Of a DNA stretch of 64,000 nt, positions 51,695-63,025 are shown piece after piece. The position numbers were made by a program, and so were the translations under genes. The stretch spans positions 1 through 64,000 of the forward strand of contig CAWFDF010000009.1 in NCBI GenBank assembly GCA_963814585.1, read 5' to 3'. This DNA is from an uncultured delta proteobacterium. GTDB lineage: Bacteria > Myxococcota > Myxococcia > Myxococcales > Anaeromyxobacteraceae. The notes under the pieces were generated by a model. The model saw nothing but the letters and a program-made list of their open reading frames with translations. It had not been told where the DNA came from and did not search any database. The stretch's first letter is position 1; every line of letters begins with the position of its first letter.

Positions 51695-53004
51695 TCGAAG
51701 CCCTCCATGAAGGCCGCCAGCCGGTTCTCCCCGGGCTCGGCCGCCCAGGCCCGCGGGTCGTTGTGGTCGGCCTCCAGCAGCAGCACCCGGATGCCGAGCT
51801 CGCCGGCCAGGCGCTCGCGCAGGTCGACCTGGCCGATCGAGTACGGCTTGCAGGAGCGGTCGCTGTGGAGGATGGCGCCGTCCACGGCGTAGTCGCGCGA
51901 GAGCCGCCGCAGGATGTCGAGCCGGTTGGGCAGGTCCTGGTTGAGGATGATGTGGGTGTAGGTCCGGGCCGCCGAGCCGATGGGATCGAGCGGATCGATC
52001 CCCACCCCGGCCTCGGCCCAGGCGTTGGTGTAGCTGGTGGAGACGAAGTTGAAGCCCCGCTCGGCCAGCAGCGTGGAGAAGCGGCGCACCGCGAACCAGA
52101 CCGGGAGGTTGTCCCAGAGCAGCCGGTACCGCTCCTCCTTGAGGCCGCCCACGCCGCGCGCCACCCGGTCGCCGAGCTCGTCGCGCAGGAGGCGGTAGTA
52201 GTCGTTGCAGGCCTCGCTGCCGCGCAGCGTGACGATGGGGGCGATGTGGAAGAAGCCGTCGATGCCGGTCCACGGCGCCGGCCTGGCCCGGCTGGCCTCC
52301 AGGCACTCGCCCCAGAGCCGGGAGCCCTCCTGCGCGGTGCGCGTCACCTCCACCAGCCGCTCGGGGTCGAGCGGCGTCCCGCCCACCCGCCCGGCCACCT
52401 GGCACAGCTCCTCGAGCTGCTCCTTCACGTAGGCCAGCTGGTGCGCCGAGGCCGTGCCGTGGACGAAGGGCGTGTCGACCAGCACCAGCGGCACGTCGAG
52501 GTGGCGCGCCAGCTCGCGGTACCAGTAGAGGACGGTCTGGCAGATGTTGGTGCAGCAGGCCAGCAGCTGCGGCCGCGGCAGCCGCCCCACCGGCGTCTTC
52601 CCGGAGAGCACGCTGCCGAGGTCGGTCCGCACGTAGCTGCACAGGTCGCGGGAGTAGCCTCGCCCCTCGGCCACGTCGGAGTACTCCGGCGTGAGCCGCG
52701 ACACGCCGCAGAGCGCCGCGTGGTTCTCGGGGTAGACGGTGTGGAAGCCGAGCGCCCGCAGCACCTCCACCGGGAAGCCGCTGGTCACCCAGGCCACCGG
52801 CACGGCGCCGTCGGCGTAGCGCCCCTGGAAGTAGTGGTGGCTCATCAGCTCCTTGAGCCGCCGCACCGACTCCAGCGGCGGGCCGAACGGGCCTCCGCCC
52901 GGCCCCCGGCGCGACCGCTTCAGCCGGTGCTGCCACGCCTCCAGCGCGGTGAGGACCGGGAAGGCGACCCGGCCGGCCAGCTCGTACCGGGCGCGTCGCA
53001 GCAT
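51691..53004 (-). CDS. 2-hydroxyacyl-CoA dehydratase subunit (HgdA/HadB-like)
   Basis: YPENHAA, GYSRDLCSY, NICQT, DRSCK; GTGA overlap with activase. Confidence 0.85.
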   Translation of the reverse strand: MLRRARYELAGRVAFPVLTALEAWQHRLKRSRRGPGGGPFGPPLESVRRLKELMSHHYFQGRYADGAVPVAWVTSGFPVEVLRALGFHTVYPENHAALCGVSRLTPEYSDVAEGRGYSRDLCSYVRTDLGSVLSGKTPVGRLPRPQLLACCTNICQTVLYWYRELARHLDVPLVLVDTPFVHGTASAHQLAYVKEQLEELCQVAGRVGGTPLDPERLVEVTRTAQEGSRLWGECLEASRARPAPWTGIDGFFHIAPIVTLRGSEACNDYYRLLRDELGDRVARGVGGLKEERYRLLWDNLPVWFAVRRFSTLLAERGFNFVSTSYTNAWAEAGVGIDPLDPIGSAARTYTHIILNQDLPNRLDILRRLSRDYAVDGAILHSDRSCKPYSIGQVDLRERLAGELGIRVLLLEADHNDPRAWAAEPGENRLAAFMEGFE

Positions 53005-54101
53005 CACGCCGCACCCCGGGCGCCCTGGAGCAGCTCGGCGAAGGCCTCGAGGCGGGTCACCGCCTGCCCGGAGAGCTGGCCCTCCAGCTCGCCCTCCAGC
53101 ACCAGCACCGGCAGGCCGCGCGCCGCGAAGGTCTCCTTGATGGCCGGCACGTCGAACAGCTCCGGCTCGCAGAACTTGAGCACGTGGACCAGCACGCCCC
53201 GGGCGCCGCTCCGCTCGGCCAGCCCGGCGAGGTGGGCCATGCGGACCGCAGTGTCGGCCCCGCGGGTGGGACAGGGGGGGGCGGCGAAGTAGCGGTCGAC
53301 CAGCGTCCGCCAGGGATCGGGGCCCGGCGGCGGCGGCGCGCGGACCACCCGCCGCCCCACCGCCGCGTAGTCGTCGGCCGCCACGAAGGCGCCGGCGCCG
53401 TTGAGGGTCGCGAGGAGCGCGGCCGGCTCGGGCACGTAGCCGGTCACCAGCACCGGCACCCCGGGCTGCACCGGCCGGTCGGCCAGCGTGGCGAGCGCGG
53501 CCTCCAGCTCGGCGAGGTGATCGGCCGGCCAGCGCCACTCGCCGCGCCGGAGCAGGGCGTAGAGCCGGGTGTCGTCGAGCGGCAGCCGCGCCCGGCCGTC
53601 GAGCAGCGCCGCCCGGGCCGCGTCCACCTGGCCGTGGAGCGCCAGCGCCGCCGCCAGCCGCTCGTCGGTCAGCCGCCGGCCGGTGAACCGCTCGAGCGTG
53701 CCGGCCAGGCGGCGCAGCTCGGCCTCGACGAAGCGCCGCGCGCTGGGCCGGTCGGCGCCGCGCGGGTGGAGGAAGGTGAAGGCCGGCTTCTGCCACCCGC
53801 CCAGGTCCGTCGCCAGCGTGGCCAGCTGCTGGATCGAGTCGCAGGTGTGCGGGAAGAGGACGCCGTCCACGGCGTCGGCCTGGCCACCGGCCAGGAAGGC
53901 CAGGGCGTTGCGGACCACGCTGCACACGTAGCTCTGGACCCGGCCGGCCTGGTCGCCGCGCGGCGGGCCGGGCGGCCCCCACAGCTCCACCGCCAGCACC
54001 TCGAGCGCGGTGAGCAGCTCCCTGGGGTAGTGGATGGGCAGGACCCCCACCGCCTTCCGGCCGTGGCGCTCGCGCTGGATCCTGATCTCCTCGGTGCGCA
54101 C
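53004..54101 (-). CDS. 2-hydroxyacyl-CoA dehydratase subunit (HgdB/HadC-like); start approximate
   Basis: YPRELL, SYVCS, PHTCDS, KFCEPE, TRLEAF. Confidence 0.85.
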   Translation of the reverse strand: MRTEEIRIQRERHGRKAVGVLPIHYPRELLTALEVLAVELWGPPGPPRGDQAGRVQSYVCSVVRNALAFLAGGQADAVDGVLFPHTCDSIQQLATLATDLGGWQKPAFTFLHPRGADRPSARRFVEAELRRLAGTLERFTGRRLTDERLAAALALHGQVDAARAALLDGRARLPLDDTRLYALLRRGEWRWPADHLAELEAALATLADRPVQPGVPVLVTGYVPEPAALLATLNGAGAFVAADDYAAVGRRVVRAPPPPGPDPWRTLVDRYFAAPPCPTRGADTAVRMAHLAGLAERSGARGVLVHVLKFCEPELFDVPAIKETFAARGLPVLVLEGELEGQLSGQAVTRLEAFAELLQGARGAA

Positions 54102-54285
54102 GGAGGAGCAGCAGACCACACCTGGGCGGCCGCCGGGTGATCTTCGGGGACCCCGGCGGGCCGGTCGGCGCCGCGGTGATGGCGGTCCTCCGCGGCCTCG
54201 ACGCGGGGGCCCCCTCCACGCGGGTTGGAAGTATGCTTCCATCCCTCGCCGGGCGTCGCGGCACCCCGGAGCACGGAGAGCAACC

Positions 54286-56806
<2,521 letters not shown>

Positions 56807-56848
56807 GCCCGGCTGGAGGGGCCTGCCGTGAAGGGGCCCGCCGGACAT

Positions 56849-56879
56849 GAGAAGAGGCCCTGGTGTGGGGCCTCTTCTC
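56849..56879. terminator. Hairpin terminator, possibly bidirectional
   Basis: Perfect 12 bp stem GAGAAGAGGCCC / GGGCCTCTTCTC with 7 nt loop. Confidence 0.75.
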
Positions 56880-56996
56880 TTCGATCTTGGTCGCCCAGTC
56901 TCGGGCGCGGATCCGGCTCTCGCCGGTGGAGACTACGCAGATGTGAACGACTGCGTCGGTTCGGCTATCTGACGCCTCCTGGTTGGTGCCAGCACT
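56849..56996 (-). ncRNA. Candidate ~150 nt structured small RNA (family not recognised)
   Basis: Lies between a TTCACA-N17-TAGCGT promoter and the hairpin terminator; three internal stem-loops; no ATG-started ORF inside. Confidence 0.5.
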
Positions 56997-57002
56997 ATGA
57001 AA

Positions 57003-57031
57003 ACGCTACGCCCTTCGATCCGGCTTGTGAA
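57003..57031 (-). promoter_or_regulatory. Sigma70-type promoter
   Basis: -35 TTCACA (57031-57026), 17 bp spacer, -10 TAGCGT (57008-57003). Confidence 0.55.
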
Positions 57032-57198
57032 GTCACCAACCTCCACGACGCGACACTTCTGCGCATGATCCGGAAATCACTTGGAAAACCACCGTGGCCC
57101 GGGTGTGACCCGCCCCGGCGGGCGAGGTCGGTGGGCCGCTGCCGGGCGTGGCGGGGACGCGGTAGACTGTTGACTCCTCGTCCGATGGGAGGCACGTC

Positions 57199-57885
57199 AT
57201 GGCGGCTCCGCTGGCTGGCGTTCGCGCCGTCGTCTTCGACGCCTACGGCACGCTCTTCGACGTGGCCAGCGCCGCGGAGCGCACCCGCGACCTGCTCGGC
57301 GATCGGGCCGGGCCGCTGGCCGAGCTCTGGCGCCAGAAGCAGCTCCAGTACACCTGGCTGCGCGCCCTCATGGGGCGGCACGCCGACTTCTGGCAGGTGA
57401 CCGGCGACTCGCTCGACTACGCGCTCGACGCGCTGCGGATCGGCGCCCCCGACCTGCGCCGCCGGCTCATGGAGGCCTACGAGCGGATCGGCCCGTGCGC
57501 CGACGCCCACGACGCCCTCTCGCGGCTCAAGGCCGGCGGCCTCAGGGTGGCCGTGCTCTCCAACGGCGCGCCTCGCATGCTGGCGGCGGCGGTCCGCAGC
57601 GCCGGCCTCGACGAGCTCGTCGACCAGACGCTCTCGGTCGAGGCGGTCGGGATCTACAAGCCGCACCCCTCGGTCTACAAGCTGGCGGTCGACCGGCTGG
57701 GCGTCTGGCCGGCCGAGCTGGGCTTCGTCTCGGCCAACGGCTGGGATGCCTGGGGGGCCAAGGCGGCCGGGCTGAGGGTCGCCTGGTGCAACCGGGCCGG
57801 CCTGCCACGGGAGCGGCTCGGCGAGCCGCCCGACGTCGAGATCACCACGCTGACCCAGCTGGCGGCCGCCATCGGACTGCCGTGA
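57199..57885 (+). CDS. Haloacid dehalogenase type II (HAD superfamily)
   Basis: FDAYGTLFD, WRQKQLQYTW, LSNG, YKPHP, SANGWD. Confidence 0.92.
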   Translation: MAAPLAGVRAVVFDAYGTLFDVASAAERTRDLLGDRAGPLAELWRQKQLQYTWLRALMGRHADFWQVTGDSLDYALDALRIGAPDLRRRLMEAYERIGPCADAHDALSRLKAGGLRVAVLSNGAPRMLAAAVRSAGLDELVDQTLSVEAVGIYKPHPSVYKLAVDRLGVWPAELGFVSANGWDAWGAKAAGLRVAWCNRAGLPRERLGEPPDVEITTLTQLAAAIGLP

Positions 57886-58274
57886 CCCCCGCCGCCATCG
57901 CCCGCCACCGCCAGCTGCTGCTCTCGCTGCGGGCCCAGCTGCTCTCGTCGGGACCGGCCCGCATCGAGCCCAACCGCGCCGACCCCGCCACCACCGGCGT
58001 CGCCGACGAGGACGCGCAGGCGCTCTCCGAGATGCTGCAGGTGCTCGCCTCCAAGCGGAACGAGGGGCAGGCCGCGCAGCTGGCCCGCCTCGACGGCGCG
58101 CTGCGCCGGCTGGCCGAGCACGGGGAGGACTTCGGCCTCTGCGAGGAGTGCGAGGAGGAGATCCCGGCCCGGCGGATCCAGCTCATGCCATGGGCCACCC
58201 GCTGCGCCGGGTGCCAGGGGCGCCACGAGCCGAAGCTGGGCGCGCCGCGCCGGAAGCTGACCGACTACCGCTGA
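57882..58274 (+). CDS. TraR/DksA-family C4 zinc-finger protein
   Basis: FGLCEECEEEI..RI..PW..CAGCQ; GTGA overlap with the HAD gene. Confidence 0.85.
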   Translation: MTPAAIARHRQLLLSLRAQLLSSGPARIEPNRADPATTGVADEDAQALSEMLQVLASKRNEGQAAQLARLDGALRRLAEHGEDFGLCEECEEEIPARRIQLMPWATRCAGCQGRHEPKLGAPRRKLTDYR

Positions 58275-58355
58275 CCGCGGCTCGCCTCGGCGTCCCGGCC
58301 ATGTCATCCTGGGCCGGTACCCGCGCGCCCCGCGCCCGTCACCCGGAGGTCCCAC

Positions 58356-58937
58356 GTGATCGGCTTCCTCGTCGTCTTCGCCCTGCTCGTCGCCGTGGTG
58401 ATCCTCGCGGTCGGCCTCTACAACGGCCTGGTCCGGCTCCGGAACGCCTGCAAGAACGCCTTCAGCCAGATCGACGTCCAGCTCAAGCGGCGCCACGACC
58501 TGATCCCCAACCTGGTGGAGACCGCCAAGGCCTACCTGAAGCACGAGCGGGAGACGCTGGAGGCGGTGGTGCGCGCCCGCAACGCCGCGGTGACGGCCAC
58601 CGCGGCGGCGGCCGCGTCGCCCGGCGATCCGGCCGCCATGCGCGGGCTGGCCGGCGCCGAGGGCGCGCTGGGCGCCTCGCTCTCCCGCCTGCTGGCGGTG
58701 GCGGAGGCCTACCCGGCCCTCAAGGCCGACGTCACCATGACCCGGCTCATGGAGGAGCTGGCCTCCACCGAGAACCGGATCGCCTTCTCCCGCCAGGCCT
58801 TCAACGACGCGGTCATGGCCTACAACACCGCCCGCGAGACCTTCCCGGGCATGCTGCTGGCCGGCTCCTTCGCCGCCGCCGCGCCGTTCGAGATCACCGC
58901 CGCCGCCGAGCGCGAGGCCGTCAAGGTCGCCTTCTAG
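58356..58937 (+). CDS. lemA: LemA-family protein
   Basis: N-terminal TM, QIDVQLKRRHDLIPNLVE, EAYPALKA, TENRIAFSRQ. Confidence 0.93.
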   Translation: MIGFLVVFALLVAVVILAVGLYNGLVRLRNACKNAFSQIDVQLKRRHDLIPNLVETAKAYLKHERETLEAVVRARNAAVTATAAAAASPGDPAAMRGLAGAEGALGASLSRLLAVAEAYPALKADVTMTRLMEELASTENRIAFSRQAFNDAVMAYNTARETFPGMLLAGSFAAAAPFEITAAAEREAVKVAF

Positions 58938-58955
58938 AGGTCCGAGCCGCCCCGC

Positions 58956-60863
58956 ATGGCCGTCGCCCGGGCCACCATCGACTTCTTCGAGGCGCAGCGC
59001 AGCGCCCGCCGGCGCACCGCGCTGCTGCTCCTCTACTACCTGCTGGCGCTGCCTGGCGTGGCGGCCTTCGTCTACGTCGCGCTCTGGCTGGGCCTGGCCA
59101 CCACCGACGTCGGGGTCGAGGGCCAGGCCTTCTGGTGGCCCGAGCTCTTCGCCGGCTCGCTGCTGCTCACCGCCGCCGTGGTCGGGACCGGCACGCTCTA
59201 CCACATCTGGTCGCTGTCCCGCGGCGGCGGGGAGGGCGTGGCCCGATCGCTGGGCGGCGAGCCGGTCGCCCTGCAGCCGGTGGCGGAGGAGGAGCAGCGG
59301 CTGCGCAACGTGGTGGAGGAGATGGCGATCGCCTCGGGCCTGCCGGTGCCGACCCTGTACCTGCTGCGCGGCGAGCCTGGCATCAACGCCTTCGCCGCCG
59401 GCTTCGCCCCGGACCGGGCGGTGGTGGCGGTCACCCAGGGCTGCCTCGACCAGCTCTCCCGCGACGAGCTGCAGGGGGTGGTCGGCCACGAGCTCTCCCA
59501 CGTGCAGAACGGCGACATGCGGCTCAACCTGCGGCTGCTGGCGCTGGCCGGCGGGCTCTCGGCGCTGGCCCTGGTGGGCCGGGTGCTGATGCAGGCCGGC
59601 TCCTCCAGCTCGAGGCGCCAGCGCAAGGGCGGCGGTGGGCAGCTGGCCCTGGTCGGCCTGGTGGTGATGCTGGCGGGGCTGGCCGGCGCCTTCTTCGCCC
59701 GGCTCATCCGCGCCGCGGTGGCCCGCCAGCGCGAGTACCTGGCCGACGCCGCCTCGGCCCAGTTCACCCGCAACCCGGCATCGCTGGCCGCCGCGCTCGG
59801 CAAGATCGCCTCGGTCGGCTCGACCCTCGCCAGCCCCATGGCCCCGGAGGCCAGCCACCTGCTCTTCGCCGACGGGCGGGCCAGGCACTGGCTGTCCGAC
59901 CACCCGCCGGCGGAGTCGCGCATCCGGCGCCTGCTGGCGCTGGGGGAGACCACGCCGCTGCCGTCGTTCGTCCGGGGCCCGCCGCGCCTCGCCGCGCCGG
60001 AGGCCGTCACCGGCTCCGCCGCACCGCCGCCGCTGCTGGCCGCGCTGGCCGGGGCCGCGCCTGGCGCCAGCGCGCCGCCACGCCCGGCCACGCCGGCCCT
60101 GGCCGCCGCGGCCTCGCTCCTCGAGGCGCTCCCGCCGCAGATCACCGCCGCCTCCCGCGAGCCCTTCGGCGCCCGCGCCCTCTGCTGCGCCGTGCTCCTC
60201 GACGCCCGCCCCGAGGTCCGGGCCCGGCAGCTCGAGCTGCTCGGCCAGGGACCGGAGGCCTCCGAGGTGCTCCGGCTGGCGCCGCACCTCGCGGCGGTGG
60301 AGCGCGGCCAGCGGCTGGCGCTGCTCGACCTGGCCCTGCCGGCGCTGGGCGCCCTCTCCGCGCCGCAGCGCGAGCGGCTGCAGGCCGACCTGCGCCGCCT
60401 CGCCGGGGCCGACGGACGGCTCTCGATCACGGAGTGGGTCTACCTGCGCGTGGTGGCCCGGCGCCTCGACCGCCTCGGCACCGCCGGCCGGCCGGCCCGG
60501 CCGCGCGCCTTCACGGTGGAGCAGGTGGCGGTGGAGTGCCGCGAGCTGCTCGGGCTGCTGGCCCGGGTGGGCGCCCCCGACGAGGCCGCGGCCCAGGCCT
60601 CGCTCGACACCGGCGTCGCCGCCCTGGGCCTCAAGGGGAGCTGGCGGCTCCCGGCCGCCAGCGAGCTCAGGTCCGACCGGCTCGACGGGGTTCTGGGGGT
60701 GCTGGAGGCGACGCCGTTCGAGCTGCGCTCCCGGGTGCTGCGCGCCTGCGAGGCCTGCGCCGGCGCCGATGGACGCATGACGGCCGGTGAAGTCGAGGTG
60801 CTGCGCGCCGTGGCCGACACGCTGGCCATCGTCCGCCCGCCGCCGCTGCCGCCCACGGCCTGA
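58956..60863 (+). CDS. M48 (HtpX-like) metallopeptidase with C-terminal TerB-like repeats
   Basis: INAFAAG, HELSH, REYLAD, HPP; two ADG-(L/M)-x-x-x-E motifs in the C-terminal part. Confidence 0.9.
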   Translation: MAVARATIDFFEAQRSARRRTALLLLYYLLALPGVAAFVYVALWLGLATTDVGVEGQAFWWPELFAGSLLLTAAVVGTGTLYHIWSLSRGGGEGVARSLGGEPVALQPVAEEEQRLRNVVEEMAIASGLPVPTLYLLRGEPGINAFAAGFAPDRAVVAVTQGCLDQLSRDELQGVVGHELSHVQNGDMRLNLRLLALAGGLSALALVGRVLMQAGSSSSRRQRKGGGGQLALVGLVVMLAGLAGAFFARLIRAAVARQREYLADAASAQFTRNPASLAAALGKIASVGSTLASPMAPEASHLLFADGRARHWLSDHPPAESRIRRLLALGETTPLPSFVRGPPRLAAPEAVTGSAAPPPLLAALAGAAPGASAPPRPATPALAAAASLLEALPPQITAASREPFGARALCCAVLLDARPEVRARQLELLGQGPEASEVLRLAPHLAAVERGQRLALLDLALPALGALSAPQRERLQADLRRLAGADGRLSITEWVYLRVVARRLDRLGTAGRPARPRAFTVEQVAVECRELLGLLARVGAPDEAAAQASLDTGVAALGLKGSWRLPAASELRSDRLDGVLGVLEATPFELRSRVLRACEACAGADGRMTAGEVEVLRAVADTLAIVRPPPLPPTA

Positions 60864-60941
60864 CCGCTCGTCCGCGGCCCTTCACGGTCGCGGCCGATCG
60901 TGGTCGCGGCCCTTCGCGCCGGGGCCCGGTCGCCCCCGCCG

Positions 60942-61231
60942 GCTCGTCGCGCCTGCGGCGCGCCGTCTCGCCAGAGGCCATTCCGCCTGGGCGGACGGAG
61001 CAGGGGCTGCGACGCTCGCCTGCGGGGTGACCGCGCCCCGTCGCCTCCGTGCCGCTCTCGCACTGCGGGTAACTGCGCTCCGTGGCGGCAGCGAGACCGG
61101 CGGGCGGCCCTGACGAGAGGCTCCCGGGAGCGGTGGGGCCCTGCCGGCCGGGAGCGAGCCGCGCAGCCCCGGCCGCGCTCGCCGGATCGGACCGGCAGCT
61201 GGCGAGCGGGCGCGCCGCAGGCGGGACGAGC
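60942..61231. repeat. Intergenic nested inverted-repeat element (~290 bp)
   Basis: 33 bp arms 60942-60974 / 61199-61231 (3 mismatches); inner 17 bp arms 61003-61019 / 61154-61170 (2 mismatches). Confidence 0.7.
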
Positions 61232-61309
61232 TCCCCGGCCCGGCGGGGCTCCGCCGCGACCAGGGGAGCCGATGCTGAGCAGTGAACGGCTCCCGGGAGC
61301 CGACGAGGC

Positions 61310-62944
61310 TCAGCGCCCCTGCAGGTGGCGAATGCCGGGCGCCTCGCGGCCGGTGCGGGCCACGTACTCGGTGTAGCCGCCGCCGTAGGGGACCGGTCCC
61401 TCCGGCGTCAGCTCCAGCACGCGGTTGGAGAGCGCTCCGAGGAAGCGCCGGTCGTGGGAGACGAAGATCATGGTCCCGTCGTAGCCGGCCAGCGCCCGGA
61501 CCAGCATCTCCTTGGTGCCGACGTCGAGGTGGTTGGTCGGCTCGTCGAGCACCAGGAAGTTGGGCGGGTCGTAGAGCATCAGCGCCAGCACCAGGCGGGC
61601 CTTCTCGCCGCCGGAGAGGACCCGGCAGCGCTTCTCGATCTCGTCCCCGGAGAAGCCGAAGCAGCCCGCCAGCGTCCGCAGCGAGCCGACGCTGGACTTG
61701 GGGAAGGCCCGCTCCAGCGTCTGCCAGACGGTGAGCTCGCCGTCGAGCAGCTCCATGGCGTGCTGGGCGAAGTAGCCCATCTTGACGCTGTTGCCGACCA
61801 CCACGGTGCCGGCGTCGGGCTGGGTCTCGCCGGCGATCATCTTCAGCAGCGTCGACTTGCCGGCGCCGTTGGCGCCCATGATGGCCCAGCGCTCGCCGCG
61901 CCGGACCAGGAAGTCGAGCCCGTCGTAGATGGTCCGCGTGCCGTAGCCCTTCTTCACGCCGGCGCACCGCGCCACGTCCTCGCCGCTGCGCGGCGCGCCG
62001 CGGAACTCGAAGTCGACGGTCTTGCGGACCTTGGGCGGCTCGACCTTCTCGATCTTGTCGAGCTTCTTCACCCGGCTCTGCACCTGGGCGGCGTGGCTGG
62101 CGCGGGCCTTGAAGCGCTCGATGAAGGCCAGCTCCTTCTTCAGCATGGCCTGCTGCCGGTCGAACTGGGCCTGCTGGTGCTGGTCGGCGATCTCCCGCTC
62201 GTGCTCGTAGAAGTCGTAGTCGCCGGCGTAGCTGGTCAGCTCGCCGCCGTCGATCTCGATGATCTTCCGCACCACCCGGTTCATGAACTCCTTGTCGTGG
62301 GAGGTCATGAGGATGGCGCCCTCGTAGGAGCGGAGGAACTCCTCCAGCCAGATGATCGACTCGAGGTCGAGGTGGTTGGAGGGCTCGTCCAGCAGCATGG
62401 CGTCCGGGCGCATCAGCAGGATGCGCGCCAGGGCCACCCGCATCTTCCACCCGCCCGACAGCGCGCCGACGTCGCCGTCCATCATCTCGGCGCTGAAGCC
62501 CAGCCCGTCCAGGATCTCCCGGGCCCGCGACTCCAGCGCGTAGCCACCCAGCTCGTCGAAGCGGCCCTGCACGTGGCCGAAGCGCTCCACCAGCTCGTCC
62601 ATCTCGCCGGCGCGCGCGGGATCGGCCAGGGCGTGCTCCAGGTCGTGGAGCTCGGCCGCCACCGCCGAGACCGGCCCGGCGCCGTCCATGGTCTCGGCCA
62701 CCGCCGAGCGGCCGCTCATCTCGCCGACGTCCTGGGAGAAGTGGCCGACGGTGATGCCGCGGTCGATGGAGACCTGCCCCTCGTCCGGCTCCTCCTGGCG
62801 CATCACCAGCCGGAAGAGCGTCGACTTGCCGGCGCCGTTGGGTCCGACCAGGCCGACCTTCTCGCCCCGGTGGACCACCGCCGAGGCCTCCAGGAAGAGG
62901 ACCTGCTGGCCGTGCTGCATGGAGATGGCGTCGAAGCGGATCAA
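61310..62944 (-). CDS. ABC-F family ATP-binding protein; start TTG 62944 or GTG 62962
   Basis: Two nucleotide-binding domains (GPNGAGKST, LSGG, LDEP; GANGAGKST, LSGG, LDEPT); no TM segments. Confidence 0.93.
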   Translation of the reverse strand: MIRFDAISMQHGQQVLFLEASAVVHRGEKVGLVGPNGAGKSTLFRLVMRQEEPDEGQVSIDRGITVGHFSQDVGEMSGRSAVAETMDGAGPVSAVAAELHDLEHALADPARAGEMDELVERFGHVQGRFDELGGYALESRAREILDGLGFSAEMMDGDVGALSGGWKMRVALARILLMRPDAMLLDEPSNHLDLESIIWLEEFLRSYEGAILMTSHDKEFMNRVVRKIIEIDGGELTSYAGDYDFYEHEREIADQHQQAQFDRQQAMLKKELAFIERFKARASHAAQVQSRVKKLDKIEKVEPPKVRKTVDFEFRGAPRSGEDVARCAGVKKGYGTRTIYDGLDFLVRRGERWAIMGANGAGKSTLLKMIAGETQPDAGTVVVGNSVKMGYFAQHAMELLDGELTVWQTLERAFPKSSVGSLRTLAGCFGFSGDEIEKRCRVLSGGEKARLVLALMLYDPPNFLVLDEPTNHLDVGTKEMLVRALAGYDGTMIFVSHDRRFLGALSNRVLELTPEGPVPYGGGYTEYVARTGREAPGIRHLQGR

Positions 62945-63025
62945 GGGGGCGCGATCTCGCACGCCCGGCGCCGCCGGGTCAAGCCGGACGCCGGACGGCC
63001 CGCCGCCGCTGGGGCGGCCCCGGGG

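Noticed and set aside
56933..56968. tmRNA tag reading frame
   Set aside because: The peptide does not end in an ALAA-like tag, there are no tRNA-like ends, and the region is too short
58356..60863. LemA-M48 protease pair as a novel system
   Set aside because: Common, previously described gene pairing
61110..61140. CTGACGA as a hammerhead ribozyme core
   Set aside because: No GAAA follows the adjacent stem
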